From Macrostomum lignano (Eukaryota): DNA of 64,000 bases. A program made the translations under genes and the position numbers. The notes beneath the pieces were generated by a model that worked only from the letters and a program-made list of their open reading frames with translations, was not told where the DNA came from and did no database searches. Positions within the stretch are counted from its first letter, which is position 1. Every line of letters starts with the position of its first letter. The stretch spans positions 1 through 64,000 of the forward strand of contig NIVC01001643.1 of the NCBI GenBank assembly GCA_002269645.1. Reading direction: 5' to 3'. Below are positions 24,901 through 37,821 of the stretch, one piece after another.

Positions 24901-27900
24901 TTAGCTATCGAAGCTAGAATTGAATTGCGTATGCAAACTAATAGGACAGCCACCGACAGAAAAGATGCAATTGGCTGTTGAAAAAAGTTGTGAAAAATGA
25001 TATTAAATATTCTTACTATGCTACTTAACGGTAGAGTACTATGATAAATATTTTAGCTTTATTTGTTAAAATTTTGATTCTCGAAGCCTGGGGTCTGGGG
25101 AGTGATGGAGCGGAGAGGCTGATTCTCCAAGGAGTCTGAGGGAGTGATGGAGCGGAGAGGCAGATTCTCAAGGATTCTGAGGGAGTGATGAAGCGGAGAG
25201 GCAGATTCTCCAAGGAGTCTGAGGGAGTGATGAAGCGGAGAGGCAGATTCTCAAGGATTCTGAGAGAGTGATGGAGCGGAGAGGCAGATTCTCAAGGAGT
25301 CTGAGGGAGTAATGGAGCGGAGAGGCTGATTCTTTAAGGAGTCTGAGGGAGTGATGGAGCGGAGAGGCAGATTCTTCAAGGAGTCTGAGGGAGTGATGGA
25401 GCGGAGAGGCAGATTCTCAAGGAGTCTAAAGGGAGTGATGGAGCGGAGAGGCAGATTCTCAAGGAGTCTGAGGGAGTGATGGAGCGGATAGGCAGATTCT
25501 CCAAGGAGTCTGAGGGAGTGATGGAGCGGAGAGGCAGATCCTTCAAGGAGTCTGAGGGAGTGATGGAGCGGATAGGCAGATTCTCCAAGGAGTCTGAGGG
25601 AGTGATGGAGCGGATAGGCTGATTCTCCTCGGAGTCTGAGGGAGTGATGGAGCGGAGAGGCAGATTCTCCAAGGAGTCTGAGGGAGTGATGGAGCGGAGA
25701 GGCAGATTCTCAATGAGTCTGAGGGAGTGATGAAGCGGAGAGGCAGATCCTTCAAGGAGTCTGAGGGAGTGATGGAGCGGATAGGCTGATTCTCCTCGGA
25801 GTCTGAGGGAGTGATGGAGCGGAGAGGCTGATTCTCCTCGGAGTCTGAGGGAGTGATGGAGCGGAGAGGCAGATTCTCCAAGGAGTCTGAGGGAGTGATG
25901 GAGCGGATAGGCAGATTCTCCAAGGAGTCTGAGGGAGTGATGGAGCGGAGAGGCAGATTCTCCAAGGAGTCTGAGGGAGTGATGGAGCGGATAGGCAGAT
26001 TCTCCAAGGAGTCTGATGGAGTGATGGAGCGGAGAGGCAGATTCTCTAATGAGTCTGATGGAGTGATGGAGCGGAGAGGCAGATTCTCATTGAACAGAGG
26101 TCCGCAGAGGCTCACCAAAGCCAATTTTCGCTGATCAACAAAGAACCCATGGTTCGAAGGGAGTGTCCACAGCAGCCAGACAGCCTGCAGGCACAGAAGC
26201 CACAGACCAGCAACGGAAACGTGAGGAAAAATTTCTCGCTCCTCAGCGCCAGCTAGACGATGAGTTGCTAGGAGCAAGCAGCGGGTAGCAACAGTTGCTA
26301 AGTGAACAGATTTAAGCGTCGTAGGCAACTTGGATTCCGGCAGTCTTGAAAAATTGAATATTTGATGAACTATTATTGTGATGCGCGAGGTGCTTTATAA
26401 ATAATATCAATAAAAGAATATTATTGGTATGAGTTGCGGGCTGAGGGAGGGTAGTCAGACATGCACATCCCAGTTGAAAACGTTATCGTGACAAGAATCG
26501 TTAAAGAGTCATTGCAAACAATGAACTATTGTTTAATATTTCTACTATTTTTAAGGCTATTTATAACCCCCTATTTACAAGCCCTAAATGATTATAGACG
26601 CGCATTAACCCCGAGGAGGTTCGTGGCGGGGGAGAGTCAGACGCATTTACTCCTGAGAACAAAAGTACATAGATAATTAAATTTTACAACTTACTTTAAT
26701 AGAGCCGCATTGACCAAACACGAAAATAGCAATACGACTTGATAAGGCGAATAGCCCAACAGATAGAAATTCCATTCGCAGTAGAAAAATGCTGCAATTA
26801 ACAAAAAATAACAAAAAGCGCGTATCAATATTTCGAACTACTAACAGTAGACAAAAGTAAACAAACTGCTAAATATTCTACAAAAGGCAACTAACCAATT
26901 AAAAATGCAGAAAATGCCACGGCAAACAGGTAGCCACTTTTTAGAGACGAACTTCGTCCAAAGGACGATCGGTCCCTCTTTGACAGCAGAAGAAACAGCA
27001 ACGGAGCCAAGGCTGTAGCAAATAGAATGCTGGCAAATTGCCGCTGAGTTAAAGTTGGATCCCACATTGAATACCTGCGGAGAATGCAAGATTAAGCTAC
27101 GTTACAAGCTATTTGTTGTTGTTAAACGAGGGTGGGTAGCCAGGGGCTCCCGCGGATCAGCCCAGGGAAGGGCTCTGCCGCTGAATATAAGGGGGCACAT
27201 CTACCAGGGTCACAGCCCGAGCAGCCCAGATTGGGACCTGACTTCATGGCCAGAGAGAGAAAACTAATTGGGGCTACTAGCTCAAGCCTATGGACTAAGA
27301 CACCGCTGACCAACAGTGGAATCAGGGACGGTGCTAGGACCGAGTCCACTCAGGCAGGCCACCCACCCAGCAGACAAATCCCGGGGCCGGGAGTGCGCGA
27401 AAAAAGATTGGAAAATTTTCGAAACACTACTGAAAGCGGTCCGATAGCGGGGAGACCCGAAGTCTACGGAAATGGCTCAATTTTGGAGCGAATCTGGGCA
27501 GCTTATTACCAAGGGCGAGACTCCTATCAGGTATGCATTTGGTCCGAGAGAGGAATTATCCTAGTCCACGGAAAGGGGCCAGGCCAAGGGTTCGGAGAGG
27601 GGCACAAGGAGCAAGAGGAACCCGGACTCAGCCGGTATTCCCCAATTCGGGACGAACTCATTCCCCAGGACTCCAATCCACTGTCAGCGATAATAAGCAG
27701 GGAGACAACCAGCGGAGCCAGCAGATGGACCAAGACAAAGCAAGATAGACCAGGCAGGGAGGGCAGAGCTCATAACTCCAGAACATTGGATGGCTACAAA
27801 GCCGGGGATAAAACACAAAGCTAAAAGTACAAGGGGATAAAACAAAAATGGGAGGAGCACCTGAACCCTAAACCTGGGGCTCAGCCTCAGGGCTGGCATC

Positions 27901-30900
27901 AACTAGGCTCTACCGTACACTTTTGTGAATGGTCGTCTGGGCTCTACCGTACACTTTTGTGAATGGCCGTCTGGGCTCTACCGTACACTTTGTGAATGGT
28001 CGTCTGGGCTCTACCGTACACTTTTGTGAATGGTCGTCTGGGCTCTACCGTACACTTTTGTGAATGGTCGTCTGGGCTCTACCGTACACTTTTGTGAAAG
28101 GTCGTCTTTCCTGCAGGGCGGGTGCGACCGGGGGGGGGGGGGCTCAAGTCCCGTTCTAGCCACACTTGCAGTCCAGAATTCCAACTCTTTCATTCCAACA
28201 ACTCACGTTACAAGCTATTTACAGTAGGATGAATGCATATTGTGCCGCGACTGACAAAAAGAACATTTATAATTGACTTTTTTTAATGAATTTTTTCGCG
28301 TTGCCGCCTCCCGCAAGAAATGCCCACAAACCCTCCTCCCACCCTTAAAGCAACCAAATTGATTTCTGTTGACTATTTATGTTGCATCTTGAGCTGTAGG
28401 AAAACTTCAAATGCGCCGCGCAATAGCTGCGGCTGAGCTGTCGGTTGCAAATCTATCTATTAAGGCAGGTGTAATCAATTACTAATATTATCATCTGTTT
28501 GCTAAGTTCTGCGTCTGTCATATCCATATCTATCTAATGAAGCCTAGTTTCTATGGTGGATAGATACAACTGTAGAAAGAATTAATCGTGCGCCTAAATC
28601 TTCAAATTGACTGTTCCACAGTCCCCATTGCTGGCTAATAAGCAGCTTTGCTGACCATTCGGCAGACAGTTGAAATCACAACAACATTTTTCTAATTTAC
28701 ATTAAAATAAACATAACTATCTACTTATCTATCTAACTTAATCTAACTATCTTGACTAAATCTAACTATCTACAGCCCCCGATACTTTTATGTAAAAAAT
28801 ACAAAAATGTACATGACTCAAACTTTAGGCTTACTGAATCTTCCAGGGAAACAGAAACACCTGAGCAGCGAAGGCCAGAGCGCCGATGATGCCGCAGAGC
28901 CAGCCAGCCAGCCGGCTAAACAGACCGATCGAACCGCCGGCTTCCCTGCCTAGCAACACGGCAGACACAGCAGCCAGAGCAGCCGGAGGCCCCGTATAAA
29001 AGTGCAGCCTCATACCGTGAGCCTGCATTGCCGGGGTCAGCAGAAGGGCAGCCGATATCAGACTTACATCGCGAATGAGTCCGCCAGGATCTCTAATCGA
29101 TGCGGGCAGAGCAACGGCCGCTTCGTCAACTAGAGATGAGTTAACAGTTAGTGTAATAAAACATAATGTTGTTTATGCAGTTTCCCTGCCCTGATATTTC
29201 ATATTTTTGAAAAGATTAACCCTAATCCTAATCCTAAACTTATGAAGATATGAAGTGTCGGAGATATAAACTGTCGGAGATATGAAGTGTCGGGGATATG
29301 AAGTGTCGGAGATATAAACTGTCGGAGATATGAAGTGTCGGAGATATGAAGTGTCGCAGATATGAAGCGTCGGAGATATGAAGTGTCGGAGATATGAAGT
29401 GTCGGGGATAAGAAGCGTCGGAGATATGAAGTTTCGGAGATATGAAGTGTCGGAGATATAAACTGTCAGAGATATTAAGTCTCGGAGATATGAAGTGTCG
29501 GAGATATGAAGTGTCGGAAATATGAAGTGTCGGAGATATGAAGTGTCGGAGATATGAAGTGTCGGAGATATGAAGTGTCGGAGATATGAAGTGTCGGGGA
29601 TATGAAGTGTCGGGGATAAGAAGCGTCGGAGATATGAAGTGTCGGAGATATGAAGTGTCGGAAATATGAAGTGTCGGAGATATGAAGTGTCGGAGATATG
29701 AAGTGTCGGAGATATGAAGTGTCGGAAATATGAAGTGTCGGAGATATGAAGTGTCGGGGATATGAAGTGTCGGGGATAAGAAGCGTCGGAGATATGAAGT
29801 GTCGGAGATATAAGTGTCGCAGATATGAAGTGTCGGGGATATGAAGTGTCGGGGATATGAAGTGTCGGGGATATGAAGTGTCGCAGATATGAAGTGTCGG
29901 GGATATGAAGTGTCGGGGATATGAAGTGTCGGAGATGTGAAGTGTCGGATAGATGAAGTGTCGGAGATATGAAATGTCGGAGATAAGAAGTGACGTGAGG
30001 ATATGAAATGTGGGAGATATGAAATGTCGGCGATAAGAAGTGTCGGAAATATACGGAGATATAAAGTCGAAGGAATTCTTATATTGCTAGAAAAGCCAAA
30101 GTTTTATACTCAAATTATCAAAATCCTGTCCTTAAAAATCTACATCAAAAATCTTTTGGTTGATAAAATTAAAACGTTTAAAAAGGTAAAATCTGTAACT
30201 TACTATAGTGTTTAATCAGCTGTTGAAGTCCTAAAAAGTTGGATGCCAGTCCGCAGAGGCTGATTAAAAAGAATAGTTCCAACTGAAAATATTTTAAAAT
30301 AATTAAAATATGAGGTAGATCACAAACAATGCTGTTTATAGAGTGGAGGATAGATAGGGGAATTCAATGTACACCCGAGTCTATAGAGTAGAGGATAAAC
30401 AAGGGGAATCAAATGTACACCCGAGTCTATAGAGTAGAGGATAAACAAGGGGAATCAAATGTACACCCGAGTCTATAGAGAAGAGGATAAACAAGGGGAT
30501 TCTAATGTACACCCGAGTCTATAGAGTGGAGGATAGACAGGGAGAATCCGATGTACACTCTAGTATGTAGAGTGGGGGATAGACAGGGAGAATCCAATGT
30601 ACACTCTGAGTATGTAGAGTGGGGTATAGACAGGGGGAATCCTATGTACACCCGAGTCTGTAGAGTGGAGGGTAGACAGGGAGAATCCAATGTACACCCG
30701 AATCTATAGAGTGGGGGATAGACAGGGGGAATCCAATGTACACCCTAGTATGTAGAGTGGAGTATAGACAGGGGATTCTCCCTGTCTATCCCATTTACAT
30801 TAAATGAACAAATGAAATGAAAAACACCATGCGCACACCAGTTTATCCCCATCAAGCAGAGACATTAGGGAGGCGCTCATGACGGCGTGTTTAACAAGAA

Positions 30901-33900
30901 AAACGAACACGGTGGCAACGAAAACGATAGCAACAATGATGCAGTGAACTTCGGCAGCATACTTGGACTCTTTAGTGTTCCGAATCTCGGGATCGGTGAT
31001 GTAAACACGGTACTGAACGAAACTGGAGTGTTTTTGTTAGATACATGATTTTTAAACAATGGAACTACTAAGTTATAAAATAATTACCTAGCAAAATTAC
31101 CTGATACAAAGTATATAATAAGGCAGATATTCAATTCCGTATATGGTAGTTAGGAACCAACTGCAGATACCGGTTGCTAGGCCAGGCAGCAAGCAGTAGC
31201 CAAATATCCTCAGACCCTCCTGGGGGAAATTAACAACTTGCAAATATTAATGGAAAGCACTAATTTCTATTAATAGAAATTTGACATAAAAACTTACATC
31301 AAACAATACTCCTGGACCAATTAATGCTTGCAAATCAACAGACTCGTCAAGTATAACCCACATGACTGACACGACGACAAAGAAGTGGAAACAGATGAAC
31401 AATAGAATGTAGAACAATGACTGCCTGTGAGGATAGAAAAATATACTACTTAGAGTAAGTTATAAAACCGCTTAAAATTATTCTAATCATAATCATGTAA
31501 AAGCTAATTACTCAAATATCAGTGATCAATTCAGACACTGACTCACTGCTAAACTAATCAATCTGAATCAGTGAATATTTGATCAATTCAGTCACTAACT
31601 CACTGCTAAACTAATCAATCTGAATCAGTGAATATTTGATCAATTCAGTCACTGACTCACTGCTAAACTAATCAATCTGAATCAGTGAATATTTGATCAA
31701 TTCAGTCACTAACTCACTGCTAAACTAATCAATCTGAATCAGTGACTATTTGATCAATTCAGTCACTGACTCACTCTGCTCAACTAATTAATCTGAATCA
31801 GTGACTATTTGATCAATTCAGTCACTAACTCACTGCTAAACTAATCAATCTGAATCAGTGAATATTTGATCAATTCAGTCACTGACTCACTCTGCTCAAC
31901 TAATTAATCTGAATCAGTGACTATTTGATCAATTTAGTCACTGACTCACTGCTAAACTAATCAATCTGAATCAGTGACTATTTGATCAATTCAGTCACTG
32001 ACTCACTGCTAAACTAATCAATCTGAATCAGTGACTATTTGATCAATTCAGTCACTGACTCACTGCTAAACTAATCAATCTGAATCAGTGACTATTTGAT
32101 CAATTCAGTCACTGACTCACTGCTAAACTAATCAATCTGAATCAGTGACTATTTGATCAATTCAGTCACTGACTCACTGCTCAACTAATCAATCTGAATC
32201 AGTGACTATTTGATCAATTCAGTCACTGACTCACTGCTAAACTAATCAATCTGAATCAGTGACTATTTGATCAATTCAGTCACTGACTCACTGCTAAACT
32301 AATCAATCTGAATCAGTGACTATTTGATCAATTCAGTCACTGACTCACTGCTCAACTAATCAATCTGAATCAGTGAATATTTGATCAATTCAGTCACTGA
32401 CTCACTGCTCAACTAATCAATCTGAATCAGTGACTATTTGATCAATTCAGTCACTGACTCACTCTGCTCAACTAATCAATCTGAATCAGTGAATATTTGA
32501 TCAATTCAGTCACTGACTCACTCTGCTCAACTAATCAATCTGAATCAGTGAATATTTGATCAATTCAGTCACTGACTCACTCTGCTCAACTAATCAATCT
32601 GAATCAGTGAATATTTGATCAATTCAGTCACTGACTCACTGCTAAACTAATCAATCTGAATCAGTGACTATTTGATCAATTCAGTCACTGACTCACTCTG
32701 CTCAACTAATCAATCTGAATCAGTGAATATTTGATCAATTCAGTCACTGACTCACTCTGCTCAACTAATTAATCTGAATCAGTGACTATTTGATCAATTC
32801 AGTCACTGACTCACTCTGCTCAACTAATCAATCTGAATCAGTGACTATTTGATCAATTCAGTCACTGACTCACTGCTAAACTAATCAATCTGAATCAGTG
32901 ACTATTTGATCAATTCAGTCACTAACTCACTGCTCAAATAATCAATCTGAATCAGTGACTATTTGATCAATTCAGTCACTGACTCACTGCTCAACTAATC
33001 AATCTGAATCAGTGACTATTTGATCAATTCAGTCACTGACTCACTGCTAAACTAATCAATCTGAATCAGTGACTATTTGATCAATTCAGTCACTGACTCA
33101 CTGCTCAACTAATCAATCTGAATCAGTGACTATTTGATCAATTCAGTCACTGACTCACTGCTCAACTAATCAATCTGAATCAGTGAATATTTGATCAATT
33201 CAGTCACTGACTCACTCTGCTCAACTAATTAATCTGAATCAGTGACTATTTGATCAATTCAGTCACTGACTCACTGCTCAACTAATCAATCTGAATCAGT
33301 GACTATTTGATCAATTCAGTCACTGACTCACTGCTAAACTAATCAATCTGAATCAGTGACTATTTGATCAATTCAGTCACTGACTCACTGCTCAACTAAT
33401 CAATCTGAATCAGTGACTATTTGATCAATTCAGTCACTGACTCACTGCTCAACTAATCAATCTGAATCAGTGAATATTTGACCAATTCAGTCACTGACTC
33501 ACTCTGCTCAACTAATCAATCTGAATCAGTGAATATTTGATCAATTCAGTCACTGACTCACTCTGCTCAACTAATTAATCTGAATCAGTGACTATTTGAT
33601 CAATTCAGTCACTGACTCACTGCTAAACTAATCAATCTGAATCAGTGACTATTTGATCAATTCAGTCACTGACTCACTGCTCAACTAATCAATCTGAATC
33701 AGTGACTATTTGATCAATTCAGTCACTGACTCACTGCTCAACTAATCAATCTGAATCAGTGACTATTTGATCAATTTAGTCACTGACTCACTGCTAAACT
33801 AATCAATCTGAATCAGTGACTATTTGATCAATTCAGTCACTGACTCACTGGTTTATTAATCAATATTAAAAAATCTATCAACATTATCAATTCAATTAAT

Positions 33901-34024
33901 TAATTCAAAATCAAGGACACAAAGCTTAAAGCACAGTTGATGTCCTTACCCAATTAGTGAAAGAATGGTCACAATAATATGCAATTCAATCAGAACACCA
34001 ATAAAAAATCCTGCTCCAACGGTT
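21906..34024 (-). CDS. Large multi-exon polytopic membrane protein (>=945 aa, 5' end not located), weakly pecanex-4-like
   Basis: Sixteen GT-AG-bounded exons chain in frame: 33950-34024, 31298-31424, 31101-31219, 30839-31022, 30204-30282, 28835-29129 (possibly with an in-frame 45-nt intron), 26896-27074, 26695-26791, 26116-26344, 24860-24974, 24636-24792, 24400-24550, 23436-23620, 23222-23351, 23011-23136, 21906-22496. The product is hydrophobic throughout. LLPGLATGICSWFL, NWWNRLVG and LIILPLPVCLIVLMASSL recall PCNX4 segments; the family call is low confidence. Confidence 0.7.
22655..22825. repeat. 31-bp tandem repeat (CATTTTGCCAGCTAGGCATTTGCCAGCCAGA), ~5 copies, intronic
   Basis: Direct tandem repeat visible. 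Confidence 0.85.
23621..24372. repeat. 28-bp minisatellite (GAGGATCTGGGAGGCTGGCCCAGCAACT), ~27 copies, intronic
   Basis: Direct tandem repeat; explains ORFs 23416..24567, 23432..24295 and 23808..24155. Confidence 0.95.
25095..26090. repeat. ~42-bp minisatellite (GAGGGAGTGATGGAGCGGAGAGGCAGATTCTCCAAGGAGTCT), ~24 copies, intronic
   Basis: Direct tandem repeat with 41-42-bp variants. Confidence 0.95.
27905..28105. repeat. ~34-bp tandem repeat (GGCTCTACCGTACACTTTTGTGAATGGTCGTCTG), ~6 copies
   Basis: Direct tandem repeat at the right end of a GC-richer 1-kb intronic island. Confidence 0.85.
28405..28482 (+). mobile_element. SINE 3' tail fragment
   Basis: CTTCAAATGCGCCGCGCAATAGCTGCGGCTGAGCTGTCGGTTGCA...GCAGGTGTAATCAATT matches the tail of the other SINE copies. 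Confidence 0.7.
29240..30060. repeat. 16-bp minisatellite (GGAGATATGAAGTGTC), ~50 copies, intronic
   Basis: Direct tandem repeat preceded by CCTAAT/CCTAAC-type units. Confidence 0.95.
30340..30780. repeat. 46-bp minisatellite (AATGTACACCCGAGTCTATAGAGTAGAGGATAAACAAGGGGAATCA), ~9 copies, intronic
   Basis: AATGTAC recurs at 30366, 30412, 30458 and 30504. Confidence 0.9.
31522..33850. repeat. 57/59-bp satellite with internal dyad symmetry, ~40 copies, intronic
   Basis: Unit GATCAATTCAGTCACTGACTCACTGCTAAACTAATCAATCTGAATCAGTGACTATTT (period 57); the CTCTGC variant gives 59. Confidence 0.97.
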
Positions 34025-35666
34025 CTGCAAAGATAAAAAATAGTTTTTGTAACATATCAAAAATAAAAGTTACTTCTTAGATAATTTACAACTTACACTT
34101 GATAATGCTTCTTAGCTATCAGCTTTGCCATGTAGAGAAGGGTATACAAAAATATAATCCTAAAAAGTTAAAAATTTTTAATTTCAAATTAACTATAGAA
34201 ATTCCATATAACTATAAAGACATTTTCAACAAGATCAACTTACCGTTGGCCACATGTCTCTGCCAAGCAGAGAACAGTTGGCACAATTGACAAGCCAATT
34301 TGTCTAGGAAAAAATGAAATTGTCATGGTTTGTGCCTTGAACAATTCTATTTTAGATGGTTTAAAACTTCTAGCTGAAAATATTGGCATGTTATTGACCA
34401 CATTTGTATTATTACTTGAAAAATAGATACTTAATATCTTAGTTAACTTGTTAAATCTAGTAGTTACAATGGAAAATATGGTAGCTAGGGGTTTTTACTA
34501 CACAGAAAATGTGGTAGATTGGGCAGTTATTTATTTATTTAAGACATCATAGCTGTGTAAATAGCACACTTTAAGCAACATTGTCACATAACTAGCAAGA
34601 GGCATCGTTGCCCACTATATTGAATCCCTTGAGCAGGCATTCAAGTTGCATGTCATATGCATAAATACACACTAATATAGTGTACAGTAGCCCTAACTTT
34701 ATTTATTGTATGAATGCATTTAGAATTAGCCCAAGCTTAGGCCAATGGCATACCAGAGCATTGCACAAGACCACTAGGCTATAGGAATTGGAAGTAGAGA
34801 TAAATTGGTAGGTGTTTAAACCTAACAATATAGAAAGAAAAGTGATAGTTAAACTAAAATGAAAATGAAAAAACAGAATTAGACACTGAGATTTTATAAT
34901 TAGATAAATTGATGAAAAATATAGATTGTATTTTTATTTCAATTTTACTTTGAAAAAAATACACTGGTTCAACTTGCACCAAAGTTAGAAAAAGAGCTTT
35001 TATAAGAAAGGGAGCTAAAATTACTATAGGCTGGGGCCTACTAAGAAAATATATACTTTGAAAACAAATAAAAACAAAAAACACAACTTAATTGATTGAA
35101 TAAAAATGCAGCAATGAATAGCACACTGGGTAATTATTTTAATGAAAATAAAAATTTGCAAGGACAAATACTGGAACATAAAATTGTTTAATAATATGCT
35201 CCAAGTTAGGCAATATTAAAAAAACGTAAAATGAAATAAAGTTTTCAACTTAGCAATGACAATTTTAGCTTTTTACCAATGAACACCATTTTAAACAAGA
35301 TAAAGCAATGGTATTAAATGTATTGAGGAACTTTAAATAAAATGCAAAGAACCAGAAAAAGTTATAACAAAATAAGACAAATATGATAAGCCTAGCTAAT
35401 ATTAGGATACACATGTTTATTTTTTTAAACAAAAGGCAATCATATAGGTATAGTGAAGCAAATCAATTACTATTCATTACTATTCTAATTTAAATGGTTA
35501 TAAAGCTTTTTTATAGTCATTTACTTTGACTTTATAGTTGGTTCAACTTTAAACCTTTTTGTTTAAGTTAGGCCTATTATAAAAAAACTTAAACAAAAAA
35601 GTTAATAAGACATAGGCCTAGTAACTAGGACTTAATATAAAAAAACTTAGAATGATAGGCTTAATT

Positions 35667-36288
35667 GGTAACAGTCCACTTCGGTAAAAGCCATTTTGGT
35701 AACAGCCACTTTGGTAACAAGTAAGAATGATATAATATGTATTAATTTATATGCTCCAAAAGGATGTGCAAACAAACTTTAAAGAAAGAGCAACAAAACA
35801 CATGCGTACCTACATTTATTTAACTTGTTTAAAAGTGTTTTAACCAATCTATTTTAATTTCTGGATGAGTCAGATACATGCACCTGAGACATCCTATACT
35901 TGGCCAAATATTGTATACCATATACATTAGAATCTTTGATCTAGTTAGCAAATGGTGACTTAAAATTACTGAATCTAACTTTTTTTCTTCATTAATTAAT
36001 TTAAAAAATTTCAATATCAATGTATGTATACGATCTTGCTTTGCTTAATTTTCTTTGCCTTTAAATTTTTCACAAAGTTGATGAACAAGTTTAAACAAGG
36101 TATAATACAGTTTAACTAGAAAGTTTATCAATATGTGCAATAAGATATTTGAGATGTTAGCCTAATTTTTAAACTTATAATTGCTAAACCTTAGTAATCA
36201 TAAAAATAAAGTGTTGACAATTATAACTCTACTTTGTTACCGAAGTTGGCTGTTACCAAAATGGCAGTTACCGAAGTGGATTGTATTT
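35667..36288. mobile_element. MITE with ~50-bp internally repetitive TIRs and 8-bp TSD (GCTTAATT)
   Basis: The left end GGTAACAGTCCACTTCGGTAAAAGCCATTTTGGTAACAGCCAC is the inverted counterpart of the right end GTTGGCTGTTACCAAAATGGCAGTTACCGAAGTGGATTGTATTT. GCTTAATT flanks both sides (35659-35666, 36289-36296). AT-rich non-coding interior. Confidence 0.75.
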
Positions 36289-37821
36289 GCTTAATTAATG
36301 TCTACAAATGCTTTAAAATCAGAAAGGTAAAGACAAGCTATTAGTATCAAAGAAAAGGGGTTTAACTTATGTACATTAGGTACATATGTCTAGAGCTATT
36401 GTTGTTATTGTTCTAAGATGGTTTAAGGATATACTTGGTACTTGGTAGAGGTTGGACGGGATCCCCATCCTGATCCCGAAATCTCGGGATCCCAAGGAAA
36501 ATTGAATTCCCGCGAGACCAGAATCCCGACCATAAAAAACTTGAGATTCGGGAACAGGTCTTTCGATTAATAATTTATAGAATTATTTGAAGGTATTTGA
36601 AGGTATTTTGCTTTAACTTGTAGGGGGCCAACTTGTTACACTATTTACTTTGTTGGTTACAAAACTTCATATTGATTCTGTTGTGTTTTACTTCTTGATC
36701 TTAACAATCTTTTCTCATTTTTGTTTAACTTTACATGGACAATACACTAAAAGACCTGATCCCGATTCCCGATCCCGATCCCGAGAAAAAAATTATGTGA
36801 CAGGCCTTTTGGCTCTGTCTTTCTAAACTTCTAACTATTAGTGTTTATTAAATATCCTACGAGCTGCCACCAAAGTTGTTACAGGCCTTTCACCTCTTAC
36901 TTTATCAATTTTAATCCCACCGATTTGCCAACTACAGTTATCCTGATTATACTTGCTTTTACTCCCTAACTATTTCTTAGAATTTCATTTAAATATTTCT
37001 GGGTAGCGTTCTTAGTAGCGTTTCTGGTAGCTTATGGCTTGCTTTCTGGTAGCGTTCTAGTAGCTTATGGCCTGAGCGGTCTAGTACTGGTATATGTATT
37101 AGTGTATAGTCCTAATCGGGCGTTCACCGAGACTAGAGGGTCACGGCGCCTCTCTTGGTATATCTCCAAGAATTAGTCCCAATTCCCTTCTCTTAGCAAA
37201 TTTCTTAGAATCGTTTCACAGGTTTTGCAAATAAATAAGTCGCTATTTAGCTCAAAGACTTTGAAATGGTTTAGATTGAACTGCTTATTCTGTTCGCAAT
37301 TATTTGCTCACGAGTAAAAGACAGTTAGAGTATATTTGTCGCGAAACCGCTCCTATAGTGATTTTCCCCACATACGATTAAAACAAAAAAATAATTCTCC
37401 AATTTATTTCGCGCATTAAAACAAACTATTATTTGGCGTTCGCGTAGATTCAGTTTCTAAGAAAGATTCGAATATACAGTTATTACATTGAAAGAACATT
37501 CGAGTATACTATGATAAAGGCATAGCACTAGTACAACTTTCCTCCTCTATATATCAAATTTTGAACGAAATACTATATTATATGTATACAGTGAAAAATT
37601 GATATCGTAGGAAAATGCAGGTGAAAAGGTGCAAAGCAAGGTGCAGAAAACACAATTCAGTGCTAAAACAATTGGTGCATAAAATGGTTGTGATAGAACT
37701 ATTATGTAGGTAAACCATTAAAGTGAGAACTATTATGGAAGCAAAACGAACTATTATAAAAGTATTATAAAAGGCAAAATTGTTATTAAAGGCAACGCAA
37801 AAGTTAGTTCACCTCAATAGT

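Noticed and set aside
27132-27900. 230-aa ORF in a GC-richer 1-kb intronic island
   Set aside because: No recognisable domain. Faint, stop-interrupted hints of a LINE linker (DWKIFETLL, K.KWEEH) suggest a decayed retroelement, but not enough to call.
28128-28166. tRNA-3'-end or PBS-like sequence (GGGGGCTCAAGTCCCGTTCTAGCCA)
   Set aside because: The T-arm does not pair properly, there is no A box or cloverleaf, and no adjacent LTR was found.
31522-33850. CRISPR-like array (57-bp palindromic unit)
   Set aside because: No variable spacers; it is a plain satellite.
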